Positions 1 through 9,217 of a stretch of 64,000 bases of DNA are shown piece by piece (within the stretch, counting starts at the first letter, position 1; each line of letters starts with the position of its first letter). The stretch is taken from contig OZ251226.1 in NCBI GenBank assembly GCA_965240325.2, positions 1,426,001-1,490,000 on the forward strand, given 5' to 3'. The translations under genes and the position numbers were made by a program. The notes under the pieces are model-generated. The model saw only the letters and a program-made list of their open reading frames with translations. It was not told the DNA's origin and ran no database searches. The stretch is from Rebecca billardiae RCC1528 (taxonomy: Eukaryota; Protista; Haptophyta).

Positions 1-758
1 CCGCGCGGCCGCCCAACGAGCGCGCGCTCGGTGGCGCGCGCCTTGCGCGTGGCGGCGTTGAAGGCGTCGATGGCCTCCTCGTTCAGCGCGGCGAGGAGCG
101 CGTCCTCCTCTGCGTCGACTGCGCGCGCGGCGTCCGCCTGCCACGTCACCCCCTCTTCCGCCTCGCCGCACAGGCTGGCCCACGCGCCCAGCGCCTGGCC
201 GTGCCCCGCCATGGCTGGCGAGAGGCCGAGTTCGGCCGCGGCGCGCGGCTCGCACAGGCCGAGCGCGCCGAGGAGGTGGCGCGATGTGATCACGCCGGCG
301 TGCAGCTCGCTCCACAGCGGGTCGTCCTGCCGCACGTACGCGAACGTGCGCGGGCCTCCGACGTGCACATCGTCGACGGGCGGAAGCGCGCGGAAGTGAT
401 CGTGCGCGCGCAACTCGTCGAGCGAGGTTGCTCGCCAGTGCACGTTGGGCACGCGCCCGCGGAGGAGCGGGTCCTGGCGACCGCCGGTTCGTTTTGGCGA
501 GGCGCTGCGCTCGCGCGCGCCGCGCCCCACGCCCAGATCGAGCTTCCCTTGCAGCGAGCGCGCGAGCTCCTCGTCGTCTGAGCCGCCGAGCAGCTCAAAC
601 TGATTGGCGGCTGGCGAGCGGGTGGCGCGGGGCATGCCACTGGTGGTGGCTCGACGTTCCGGGCGCCTGCGCGACGGTCGTGCCCTACTGCGTGCGGGCG
701 ACGCCGGCTCGAGCAGCAAGAGCAGAAGCAAGAGAAGTAGTGACGCGCTCGCCGCCAT
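1..758 (-). CDS. Putative YqaJ/lambda-exonuclease-like nuclease with N-terminal signal peptide; 3' end lies outside the window
   Basis: Not in the ORF track because it runs off the edge. Hand translation from ATG 758 is open to position 1: MAASASLLLLLLLLLLEPASPARSRARPSRRR...RVPNVHWRATSLDELRAHDHFRALPP...YVRQDDPLWSELHAGVITSRHLLGALGL. The Q-x4-W-x3-(R/H)-x2-(L/I)-T-S-x4-ALG pattern resembles the N-terminal motif of eukaryotic YqaJ-like proteins. The catalytic PD-(D/E)xK part is not visible in this window. Confidence 0.55.
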   Translation of the reverse strand, partial: MAASASLLLLLLLLLLEPASPARSRARPSRRRPERRATTSGMPRATRSPAANQFELLGGSDDEELARSLQGKLDLGVGRGARERSASPKRTGGRQDPLLRGRVPNVHWRATSLDELRAHDHFRALPPVDDVHVGGPRTFAYVRQDDPLWSELHAGVITSRHLLGALGLCEPRAAAELGLSPAMAGHGQALGAWASLCGEAEEGVTWQADAARAVDAEEDALLAALNEEAIDAFNAATRKARATERALVGRPR

Positions 759-1008
759 GCGCGGATGCGCCGCCAACGACCAAAAGCCCGAAGCCCCGAG
801 AAAAGGGCGGGCCTGAGACGACGGTTTCAGGTTCGTCGAAAGGCCACGAACAGTGGCAGCGGCGTTTGGCGCGAGCGGTTGGAGTTGAGCTCCTCCATTT
901 CGCGGAATATTACCAGCATTTACCCGACCGAGGCTGTCCACCGGCCGCTGCGCAAAGATTCTTCCGCTGCGTGGTGGACGGCCGCGCGCATTCATCATCG
1001 CAACTGCG

Positions 1009-2990
1009 ATGAGACTCTTCCACGCCGCACGCTGGGCGCGACGTGCGGCGCTGGGCGCGGCCTGCGGCGCAAGCGCATCATTTGTGGCCTCTCGCGTCTC
1101 GTTGACCGAGGCCTCCGCGCCGTCGGCCGCTTCCGACCCGCTCTCGCCGCCGAGCGGCGCCCCGGCCGGCGGCCAGGCGCACGGCAAGGTGGTGGCATGT
1201 GGCTGGCCGACGTACACCAAGGCGCAGGTGGCGGAGCACGCGACGGCGGAGACGGGGATCTGGGTGACGTACAGGGACGGCGTGTACGACATCACCGACT
1301 TCGTTCAGGCGCACCCCGGGGGCAACCGTATCCTCCTCGCCGCGGGCAAGGCCATCGACGGATTTTGGAACCTGTACCAGCAGCACACCAACTCGCCCGC
1401 GCCCATGCAGATGCTGAAGGCGATGCAGATCGGTGCGTGCGCGCGGGCGGCAGGTGGCGTGGGGAGTGGAGGCGCGAGCGCCGCATGCCGCGCGCGCCGC
1501 GTGAGGCGGGGCGGGACACCACCACCGTGCATGCACTCGCGCGGAGGTGGATGCGCGCGCCGCATCAAACCGTCGGCGCGGCGCGGCGCTCGTGCGCGCA
1601 TGGCGCAGGCGTGCTCGACCCGTCGGAGGTGGAGCAGATAGACGAGGACGACCCGTACGCGCGTGACCCAAAGGTCCACCCCGCGCTGCACATGCACTCG
1701 GACAAGCCGCTCCAGGCCGAGACCCCCGCCGCGCTCCTCCTCGACAGCTGGGTGACGCCGAGCGACCTCTGGTTTGTGCGCGGCCACCACCCGGTGCCTG
1801 AGATTGACGAGAAGGAGTATCGGCTCACGGTGCGCGGGCGCGGGCTGGCGGAGCCGCGCGAGTTCAAGTTCACGCTCGAGGAGCTCAAGGCGAACTTCCC
1901 CAAGCACGAGGTCGTCGCCACGCTCCAGTGCGGCGGCAACGGCCGGCGGCTCTTCAACGACGTGAAGAAGACGATGGGCATCCCGTGGGGCGCCGGCGCC
2001 ATGTCCACGGCGCGCTGGGGCGGCGCACGCCTCAGCGACGTGCTGCGCTTCTGCGGGCTGCACGACACGGAGCGCGCGGGCGTGGAGCACGTGCAGTTCG
2101 AGGGCGCGGAGAGCCTCACCGCCTCCATCCCGGCCGACAAGGCCGTCAGCTCCACCGGCGACGTCCTGCTCGCCTATGAGATGAACGGAGAGGCGGTGCG
2201 CAGCCGCCCAACGACACGCGCGCGCGCGCGAGACCGCACGCCGCGGGCGGGGCGAGCGCGGCGGGCGGCGCCCTCTGCCGCTGCGGTCGTCGCTGGCGCG
2301 GCCGGCGGCTGCGCCCGCGCGCCTCTCACCCCGAGCCGTACCCGCGCATGCCTCCTCACGCGCGCCCCCACGCGCCCTCCCGCCGGCCTCTGTTCGCGCC
2401 AGGTCCCGCGCGCGCACGGCTACCCTGTGCGCGCGGTGGTGCCGGGGTACGTAGGCGTGCGGAATGTGAAGTGGCTGACGGCGGTGGTCACGTCGGACGA
2501 GGAGGCGAAGGGCCCGTGGCAGCGCGGCATCGCGTACAAGGGGTTCTCGCCCAACGTGGACTCCTTCGACCACGTCGACGTCGAGGCGGTGCCGAGCGTG
2601 CAGGAGCAGCCGGTGATGTCCGCCATCGTCCTGCCGCAGCCGGGGGAGACGGTGGAGGGTGACTCGGTCGAGGTGCGCGGCCTCGCGTGGAGCGGGGGCG
2701 GGCGCGGGATCGTGCGCGTCGACGTGTCCAACGACGACGGGCAGACGTGGACGACCGCGGAGCTCAAGGAGGGGAGCGAGCAGAAGCTCTCGCGCGCGTG
2801 GGCGTGGACGTTCTGGACGGCGACGCTCCCGGTGCCGCCGGGCGCCAAGCCAGGCGACAAGATGCGGCTGTGCGCCAAGGCGACTGACGCGTCGTACAAC
2901 ACGCAGCCCGAGAGATCTGACGCGATCTGGAACATCCGCGGCATCCTGTACAACGCGTGGTCGCGCGTCGAGGTGGAGCTCGATCCGTGA
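1009..2990 (+). CDS. SUOX: Sulfite oxidase (cytochrome b5 + Moco + dimerisation domains), probably mitochondrial; exons 1009-1432, 1609-2195, 2403-2990
   Basis: The b5 domain reads IWVTYRDGVYDITDFVQAHPGG. The Moco domain has WFVRGHHPVP, TLQCGGNGR (Cys ligand), VLLAYEMNGE and HGYPVRAVVPGYVGVRNVKWL. The dimerisation domain has GLAWSGGGRGIVRVDVS, WAWTFW, KATDASYNTQP and IWNIRG. The N-terminus is Arg/Ala-rich. GT-AG introns 1433-1608 and 2196-2402 restore the conserved junctions. Confidence 0.93.
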
Positions 2991-3745
2991 GGCGGAGTCG
3001 CGAGTATTGGCCTGAGTCTCCAGGCTACGTCGCGCTGGCGACACTGTGCCGCTACTCGCTAGCAGTAGCAGGCAGCAGTGCAGTGAGCACACCCGCCGCC
3101 GTAGCCTGCACACCGTCAGCCGATATGACTTACTGCTGTACGTATGAGAGTTCTGAGCAGGAAACGACTAGCTAGCAGCTGATGCGCGATCATGAGGCGG
3201 CTAGCTGGTGCGCCGCCGGGCTTATATTCAATGGTAGCTCAGGATTCTCAGGACCGTACGCGTGGTGGCTACGGAGTACGGTGTCCGCCGCCCTGCTCCG
3301 AGACAATCGGCCTGCTCATGACAGTGACACACGCGGGCTGGCTCCCACGCCCGCCCGCGCGCTGGCGCGCTCGGCGAGGCAACGCCTTGCAATGTTCCTG
3401 TATGCATCGTCATGCATGTAGTCTGTAGACGTAGTCCCTAGCGCCCTTGAGCGGGTCGTGGGCGTGTGGTGGCAGTGCGCGACGACCGCCGCCGAACTGC
3501 TCACAAGGCACGAGCCACGACGCGGCGACGACGACTGCGACGGCTAGCGCGCAGATGACATCACGTGCACGTTTCCGCCCGTACTGGTATCCACCGGCGG
3601 CGTAACGCGTGCGCAGCTCCCTCGGGCCTGCGCACCGCACGCACTCTCAGCGGCCGATGCGAGCGGTCCGCTGCGCACCGCACCCGCGCCGCGCCGACGG
3701 GTCACTGCCAACGACCGACAGCGGCCTCGCGCGCGTCGTCAACGC

Positions 3746-4457
3746 TCACTCCCGCACGACGAGGCTCTCGAGCAGCGTGCGCACGGGAGGAGCGATCGGC
3801 GTCGGTTTCCCGCCCTCGTCAACGTACACGTGGACGAACGTGCCCGCGGCCGCTGCCCGCTGCTCGGCCGCCGCCTTTTCAGCGACTCCGCCGTCAAAGA
3901 TGCCTATGGCGTACGCCACGCTGGACGAGCCCACGCGCTCGACGCGCAGGCCGATGTCGACGGGGTGCGGGTAGGTGAGCGGCTCGAAGTACCGGCACGA
4001 CGACTCGGCGACGAAGCGGGGCGCCTCCTTGCCGATGCCGTGCCGGATCAGGTGCTCGTTGACCGCATCGTCCATAAATGCGTAGTAGATCACCTGCGTC
4101 GTGTGGCGCGCGCGCGCGTGGGAGGGAGGCGGGTGAAGGGTGGACAGCCGCAGGCGCGCCGCTTGTCTCGCGCCAGTATGGTATCCGTGCGCCGCGGCGG
4201 CGACGCCCGTCGCGCGCGTCGCGCACGTTGTTGATGTGCCCAAAGCCTGAGGAGCAGGCGGGCGCAAGGGCGGGGACACGCGCGCGCGCGCATGCAAGGG
4301 GTCAGTGGAGCTGGCGTGGCAGAGGCACCGAGGTGATACGGAGTGTCGCACCGTCCGTGTCATTCCAGCGCGTCTGCCGGCGCTCAAAGAGCGCAAACGC
4401 GCTCCGTGCCGGCGGCGGCGCGCGTGTGGACAGCCGACGCACGTGCACGCCCGCCAT
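3746..4457 (-). CDS. Hotdog-fold acyl-CoA thioesterase (4HBT/YbgC-like); exons 4457-4352, 4246-4227, 4093-3746
   Basis: The spliced product reads [27 protein letters not shown]...FVAESSCRYFEPLTYP...GLRVERVGSSSVAYAIGIF...GTFVHVYVD. This has the RW-D-D-x-GH-NN signature of the family. Confidence 0.88.
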
Positions 4458-4989
4458 CGTGCGTGGTTGTGGCCGGCCGGCCGGCGTTTGTCAAGGTGGG
4501 GGATTATTATATCATTTGAGCTGAAAACGCCTGCTGCGACCGCCTATTCGTCAAGCAAGTTCGTCGTGCCCGAGTGAGATTCTCTCGAACCGGCCGCAGA
4601 CCGGCCATCTCCGGATGCCCAGATGCACGTCTCGGCGCAACGACTGGGCATCACGGCCGTGTGGCGCGCACCGAAAGCTCGGGCAACACGCCGAACTATC
4701 AAATAGTTTCGTCGCGAAGGTCGTGAGGCGCGCTCCCGACCACTCGTCTGTCGGCACCCAAGTTTCACTCAAGCCCATTGGTGCGCTCTAATTAATCCTC
4801 GCCTAGCAACAACATTCTCGCCGTCCGTGCCAAGGTTCGAGCACCTTCATCAGGCCGGCCCTTTGGTCTGGGGCGACCCTGTAAGATTCCTGCCGCATCT
4901 TGACGGGCATCTCCGCGCTTCTCGCGGCGGCTGTCCAGAGAGCTCCGACACCGCACCGCCGGCGCACGCGCAAGCCGATACCCCAAGCT

Positions 4990-6010
4990 ATGACCGACGT
5001 CGCGACGGCCGCCGCTTCCCCGGCGCTCGACGCGCTGCCCAAGGCGTCACCCTCCTCGGTGAAGGGCCTGTGGACGATGGCCAAGCTCCTCTCTGCCTAC
5101 CTCGTCGGCTTCGCGCTCATCCGCGCCTCGGCGGTGTCGCTTCCCCTCGGCGTCGGCATCTCCGCGATGGCGCTGTCTGGGGTGCGCGGCGGCGACGCGC
5201 GTACACGGCCTCGCGTGGCAATGCACGACCCAACGCGCACTCCAAACCGCCTGCGGCGCCAGCCGCACCGCCAGTGCACTCACCCGAGCCGCCGCGCGCC
5301 CTGCGACCCGCGACCGTGCGCGCGCAGTTTTTCGTTGTTGGTGTGGACTGCAGCCGCCGCACCTTCTTCGCAGGCAAGGCTCTCAACGACTTTGTGGGCG
5401 CACTCGTGCTCCTGCCCCTCCTTCGCTCGCTCGACTCCGTGCGCCAGTCGCCCAAGGTGCGCCGCGCGGCAGTGCGGTCGCGGCTCGACCGCGCGGCGCC
5501 ATGCGTCACGGCGGGCGTGCGGCGCGAGCATCGGCGGTGTGCGTGCGGCGCGCGCAGCCCGTTGCTCACTCGCGTTCGCGTCTCGCGCCGCCGCCACCGC
5601 CGCCGCCGCCCCGTCGCGCCGCGCAGGGTGGCCACGGCCTCGTGACGCGCCTGCTCAGCGCGGCGCAGCGCTCGGGCCTCGTGCTCGCGATCGTTGCGGC
5701 CGCCGTCGGCGCCGCGATCTACTTCGGCCGCGTCGTCGACCTGCTCAAGTACTGGGTGGTTCCGCTGCTGTGCATGCACCTGCAGCTCGGCACCTTCACT
5801 TCGTCGACGAGCCGCGGCTCGTGGCCGTCGTACATGCTGCTCCACCCGGCGATGCAGGAGGCGGAGCACTCCGGCCTCGCGGAGGCGGCGCGCGAGACGC
5901 CCGCGTACGCGGTCAAGCAGCTGCACCTCGCGGCGGAGCGCGCGATGCCGTCGGGCGCGTCGTTCTCCGGCCTCGGCGCCTCGCTCATGCGCTTCGTCAT
6001 CGTCAGCGGC
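4990..6010 (+). other. Module 1 of fusion: degenerate plastid omega-6 (FAD6/DesA)-like desaturase domain lacking His boxes
   Basis: SGFFVVGVDCSRRTFFAGKALNDFVGALVLLPL parallels the FAD6 consensus TGFFVIGHDCAHKSF...VEDIVG.LAFLPL. LLKYWVVPLLCMHLQLGTFT parallels VKFWLMPWLGYHFWMSTFT. The His residues of box 1 are replaced by V and R, and the box 2 and box 3 regions are deleted or eroded. Confidence 0.65.
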
Positions 6011-9000
6011 AAGCGCGAGTTCGTCCTCTGGCCCCTCGGCGCGGCGCTCGTCGCGCTCAGCTCGCCGTCCGGCCGCGCGGCGCTCGCCATCGACTCGATG
6101 CCGTGGCAGCTCACGATGAAGGAGACGACGGAGTGGATGGCGCGGCACTACGAGATCCCCTTCATCCTCGTCGCCACCTACCTCACCGGCATCTACGTCG
6201 GCACCAAGCTGATGGCCTCGCGCCAGCCGTTCGACCTGAAGGGCGCGCTCGCCGCGTGGAACTTCCTGCTGAGCGCCGGCTCGATCACCGGCTTCGTGAT
6301 GGCGTCGCACCTCGCGATCAACGCGGTGCGCCACAAGGGCGTGCACGCGCTCGCGTGCGACAACACCGTGTGGTGGGGCAACCCCGCCGTCATGCTCTTC
6401 TGCCTCTCCAAGGTGCCCGAGCTCGTCGACACGGCGTTCATCGTGCTGCGCAAGAAGCCGCTCCACTTCCTGCACTACTACCACCACGCGACGGTGCTGC
6501 TCTTCTGCTGGGACGCGTGGGTGGTGAACAACGCGGTCGGCGGCATGTTCGCCATCATGAACCTCCTCGTGCACTCGATCATGTACGCGTACTACTGCGC
6601 GGCCGCGATCGGCGTGCGCTTCCCGCAGATCCTGCGCAAGAACATCACCAACCTGCAGCTCACGCAGATGGTGCTCGGCTGCAGCCTGTGCGTGTACAAC
6701 ATGTGCAACTGCAACCGCACGCCGTCGAACAACATGTACGGCCTCGCCATGTACGCCTCGTACTTCGCGCTCTTCCTCAACTTCTGGGTGCAGCAGTACG
6801 TGATCATGCCGCGCAAGAAGAAGGCGGCGGCGGCGGCGGCCAAGAAGGAGGAGGCGGCGGCCGCGGCGGCGGCGGCGGCGCCCAAGGGCGCCAAGCCGGC
6901 GGCGGCGGAGGAGAAGCTGCACTGGGGCTACTTCCTCTCGCCGATCAACTGGCCGATGGGCTCGTACATCGCTCTCGTCCACGCGCTCGGCATCTGGGGC
7001 CTGATGCGCGCGCCGTACGCCGCGCCGCAGACGTGGCTCTGGTCGTTCATCCTCTGGCCCATCTCGGGCTTCGGCATCACCGGCGGCGTGCACCGGCTGT
7101 GGTCGCACCGCTCGTACAAGGCGAAGGCGCCGTTCCGCTTCCTCACGATGGTCGCCAACTCGATCGCCAACCAGGGCACCATCCACCACTGGGCGCGCGA
7201 CCACCGCGTGCACCACCTCCACTCTGAGACGGACTCGGACCCGCACAACGCGCTCCGCGGCTTCTTCTTCGCGCACGTCGGCTGGCTGCTGCTCAAGAAG
7301 CGCCCCGCGGTGATCGAGGCGGGCAAGAAGGTGGACATGAGCGACATCGACGCCGACTGGGTCTGCGAGGTGCAGCGCAAGCTCGACCCCTTCTGGAACA
7401 TGTTCTGGTGCTTCGTCTTCCCCGCGCTCGTCGCGCAGCACGGCTGGGGCGAGAGCTTTGGCACGGGCGTGCTCGTCGCGGGCTTCATGCGCTACGTGTA
7501 CGTGCTGCACTGCACGTGGCTGGTGAACTCGGCGGCGCACCTGCACGGCGACCGGCCGTACGAGCCGCGCACCAACCCGTCCGAGAACTTCACCGTCGCC
7601 GTCGCCTCGCTCGGCGAGGGCTGGCACGACTGGCACCACAAGTTCGCGTTTGACTACGCGGCCTCGGAGTACGGCATCGCCTTCCAGTTCAACCCGACGA
7701 AGCTGATCATCGACATGGGCGCGTGGGTCGGGCAGGTGTACGAGCGGCGCCGCGCGACGGACATCTGGCAGCGCGAGGTGGCGCGGCGCGACGCGAAGGA
7801 GGCGGAGCTCGCCAAGCTCACGCTGCCGAAGGACTCGACCGAGCTGAGCAAGGCGTCGGTGCGCGGCGCGATCCCGGAGCACTGCTTCAAGCACTCGTAC
7901 GCCAAGTCCTTCTACCACCTCGCCGAGGACCTGGCGATCATCGGCGCGCTGGTGGGCGCGGTGCTGTACGCGCAGCAGGCGCTGCCGTCGTGGGCGATGG
8001 CGCTCGCGTGGCCCGTCTACTGGTTCTACGCCGGGCTCGTCGGCACGGGCCTGTGGGTGCTCGCGCACGAGTGCGGCCACGGAGGCTTCACCGCTAGCCA
8101 GGTGCGGCGCCGCGCGGCGCCGCGCGGCGCGCGCGCGAACCGAGCAAGCGGGCTGGCGAGCGGTGCGCGGCGGGATGCCGCGGCGTCGGGTGCCTGACCG
8201 CTCGCCCTGCCCGCGCCCCCCATCGCCCTGCCCGCGCCCGCAGACCGTGAACGACATCGTCGGCTTCACCCTGCACTCGGCGCTGCTGACGCCCTACTTC
8301 TCGTGGCAGATCACGCACGCGAAGCACCACCGCCGCACCAACCACCTCACCGATGGCGAGAGCTGGGTGCCGTCGGCGGGCAACCCGAACGGCAAGCGCG
8401 CGCAGTGGTACAAGACGCACGCCGGCACCATCTTCCGCATCGCGCTCGTCTGGACGATCGGCTGGTGGGTGTACCTCATCAACAACGACACCGGTGCGCG
8501 GCGCGTGCCGAGCGCGCGCGCGCGCGCGCGCGCGCGCGGCCAGCCAGCCTCTCGCGCCGCGCCGCCCCGCCCCGCGCGCGCGCCGTCGCGGCCACGTGCC
8601 GTCCCGACCTCTGACGCTCTCCGCCCCCGCCCCGCCGCCCTCTGCGCACAGGCGCGCGCAAGAACAAGGGCCAGTCCCACTTCGACCCGAACGCGCGCGG
8701 CCTCTTCTCCGCCAAGGAGGCGTGGAAGGTGCGGGCGTCGAACGCGGGCATGGTGGCGATGCTCGGCGTGCTCGGGTATGCGTGCCAGGTGTTCGGCGTG
8801 CGCCAGGTCGTGGCGCTCTACTTTGTGCCGCAGATGATTGTGAACATCTACCTCACGTGCATCACCTTCATGCAGCACACGCACGAGGCCGTGCCGCACT
8901 ACGACGAGAAGGAGTGGACGTGGCTGCGCGGCGGCCTCGCGACCGTCGACCGCTCGATGGGCGTCTGGTTTGACCGCCGGCTGCACCACATCACCGACTC

Positions 9001-9217
9001 GCACGTGTGCCACCACCTCTTCTCGGACATGCCCTTCTACGGCGCGAAGGAGGCGACGCCGTACATCGCGGAGCACTGCGGCAAGTACTACCGCTCGCAC
9101 GTCTCCACCTACGCCGGCTCGGTGTACCTCGGCTTTTGGCACGACTTTTACACGACCATGAAGGCGTGCCTGGTCGTGCAGCAGGACGGCGTCGACCACT
9201 TCTGGTACTTCAAGTGA
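4990..9217 (+). CDS. Four-module fatty-acid modification fusion (~1203 aa): degenerate FAD6-like desaturase + ELO elongase + delta-9 desaturase + FAD2-type desaturase; exons 4990-5181, 5328-5456, 5627-8101, 8244-8493, 8652-9217
   Basis: Four GT-AG introns give a continuous 3612-nt frame. ELO motifs: SKVPELVDTAFIVLRKK, FLHYYHH, MNLLVHSIMYAYY, ITNLQLTQM. Delta-9 His boxes: HRLWSH, HRVHH, HDWHH, plus WLVNSAAH. FAD2-type His boxes: HECGH, HAKHH, HVCHH, plus TFMQHT and EWTWLRGGLATVDR. Confidence 0.92.
6110..6810 (+). other. Module 2 of fusion: GNS1/SUR4 (ELO) condensing enzyme, ELOVL6/saturated-acyl-like
   Basis: HYYHH at about 6473-6487, plus the KxxExxDT, NxxxHxxMYxYY and TxxQxxQ motifs, and a GLAMYASYFALF C-terminal helix. 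Confidence 0.92.
6917..7775 (+). other. Module 3 of fusion: SCD/OLE1-type delta-9 desaturase with no fused cytochrome b5
   Basis: GITGGVHRLWSHRSYKA (HRLWSH at 7091-7108), WARDHRVHH (HRVHH at 7202-7216), DPHNALRGFFFAHVGWLL, and GEGWHDWHHKFAFDY (HDWHH at 7625-7639). Confidence 0.93.
7825..9217 (+). other. Module 4 of fusion: FAD2/FAD3-family (delta-12 or omega-3) desaturase
   Basis: VRGAIPEHCFKHS, GLWVLAHECGHGGF (HECGH at 8066-8080), LHSALLTPYFSWQITHAKHH (HAKHH at 8316-8330), SHFDP, and LHHITDSHVCHHLFSDMPFY (HVCHH at 9002-9016). Confidence 0.92.

Noticed and set aside
1200-1432. Idea that the cytochrome b5 domain of the neighbouring sulfite oxidase supplies electrons to the desaturase fusion
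   Set aside because: The b5 domain is an integral part of a standard sulfite oxidase with a mitochondrial-type presequence. It would be in the wrong compartment, and nothing but proximity supports the link.
2196-2402. In-frame introns (also 22823-22927, 30603-30722, 37505-37729) as a sign of regulated intron retention
   Set aside because: About 6 of the 21 inferred introns are multiples of three, close to chance, and GC-rich introns rarely contain stop codons.
5117-8269. 1050-aa antisense ORF over the fusion gene, and similar long antisense or alternate-frame ORFs at 1305-3113, 18204-20033, 32845-40078 and 61726-63528
   Set aside because: These are shadow ORFs expected from very high GC and strong codon bias. 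They are Arg/Ala-rich with no motifs and overlap well-supported genes.
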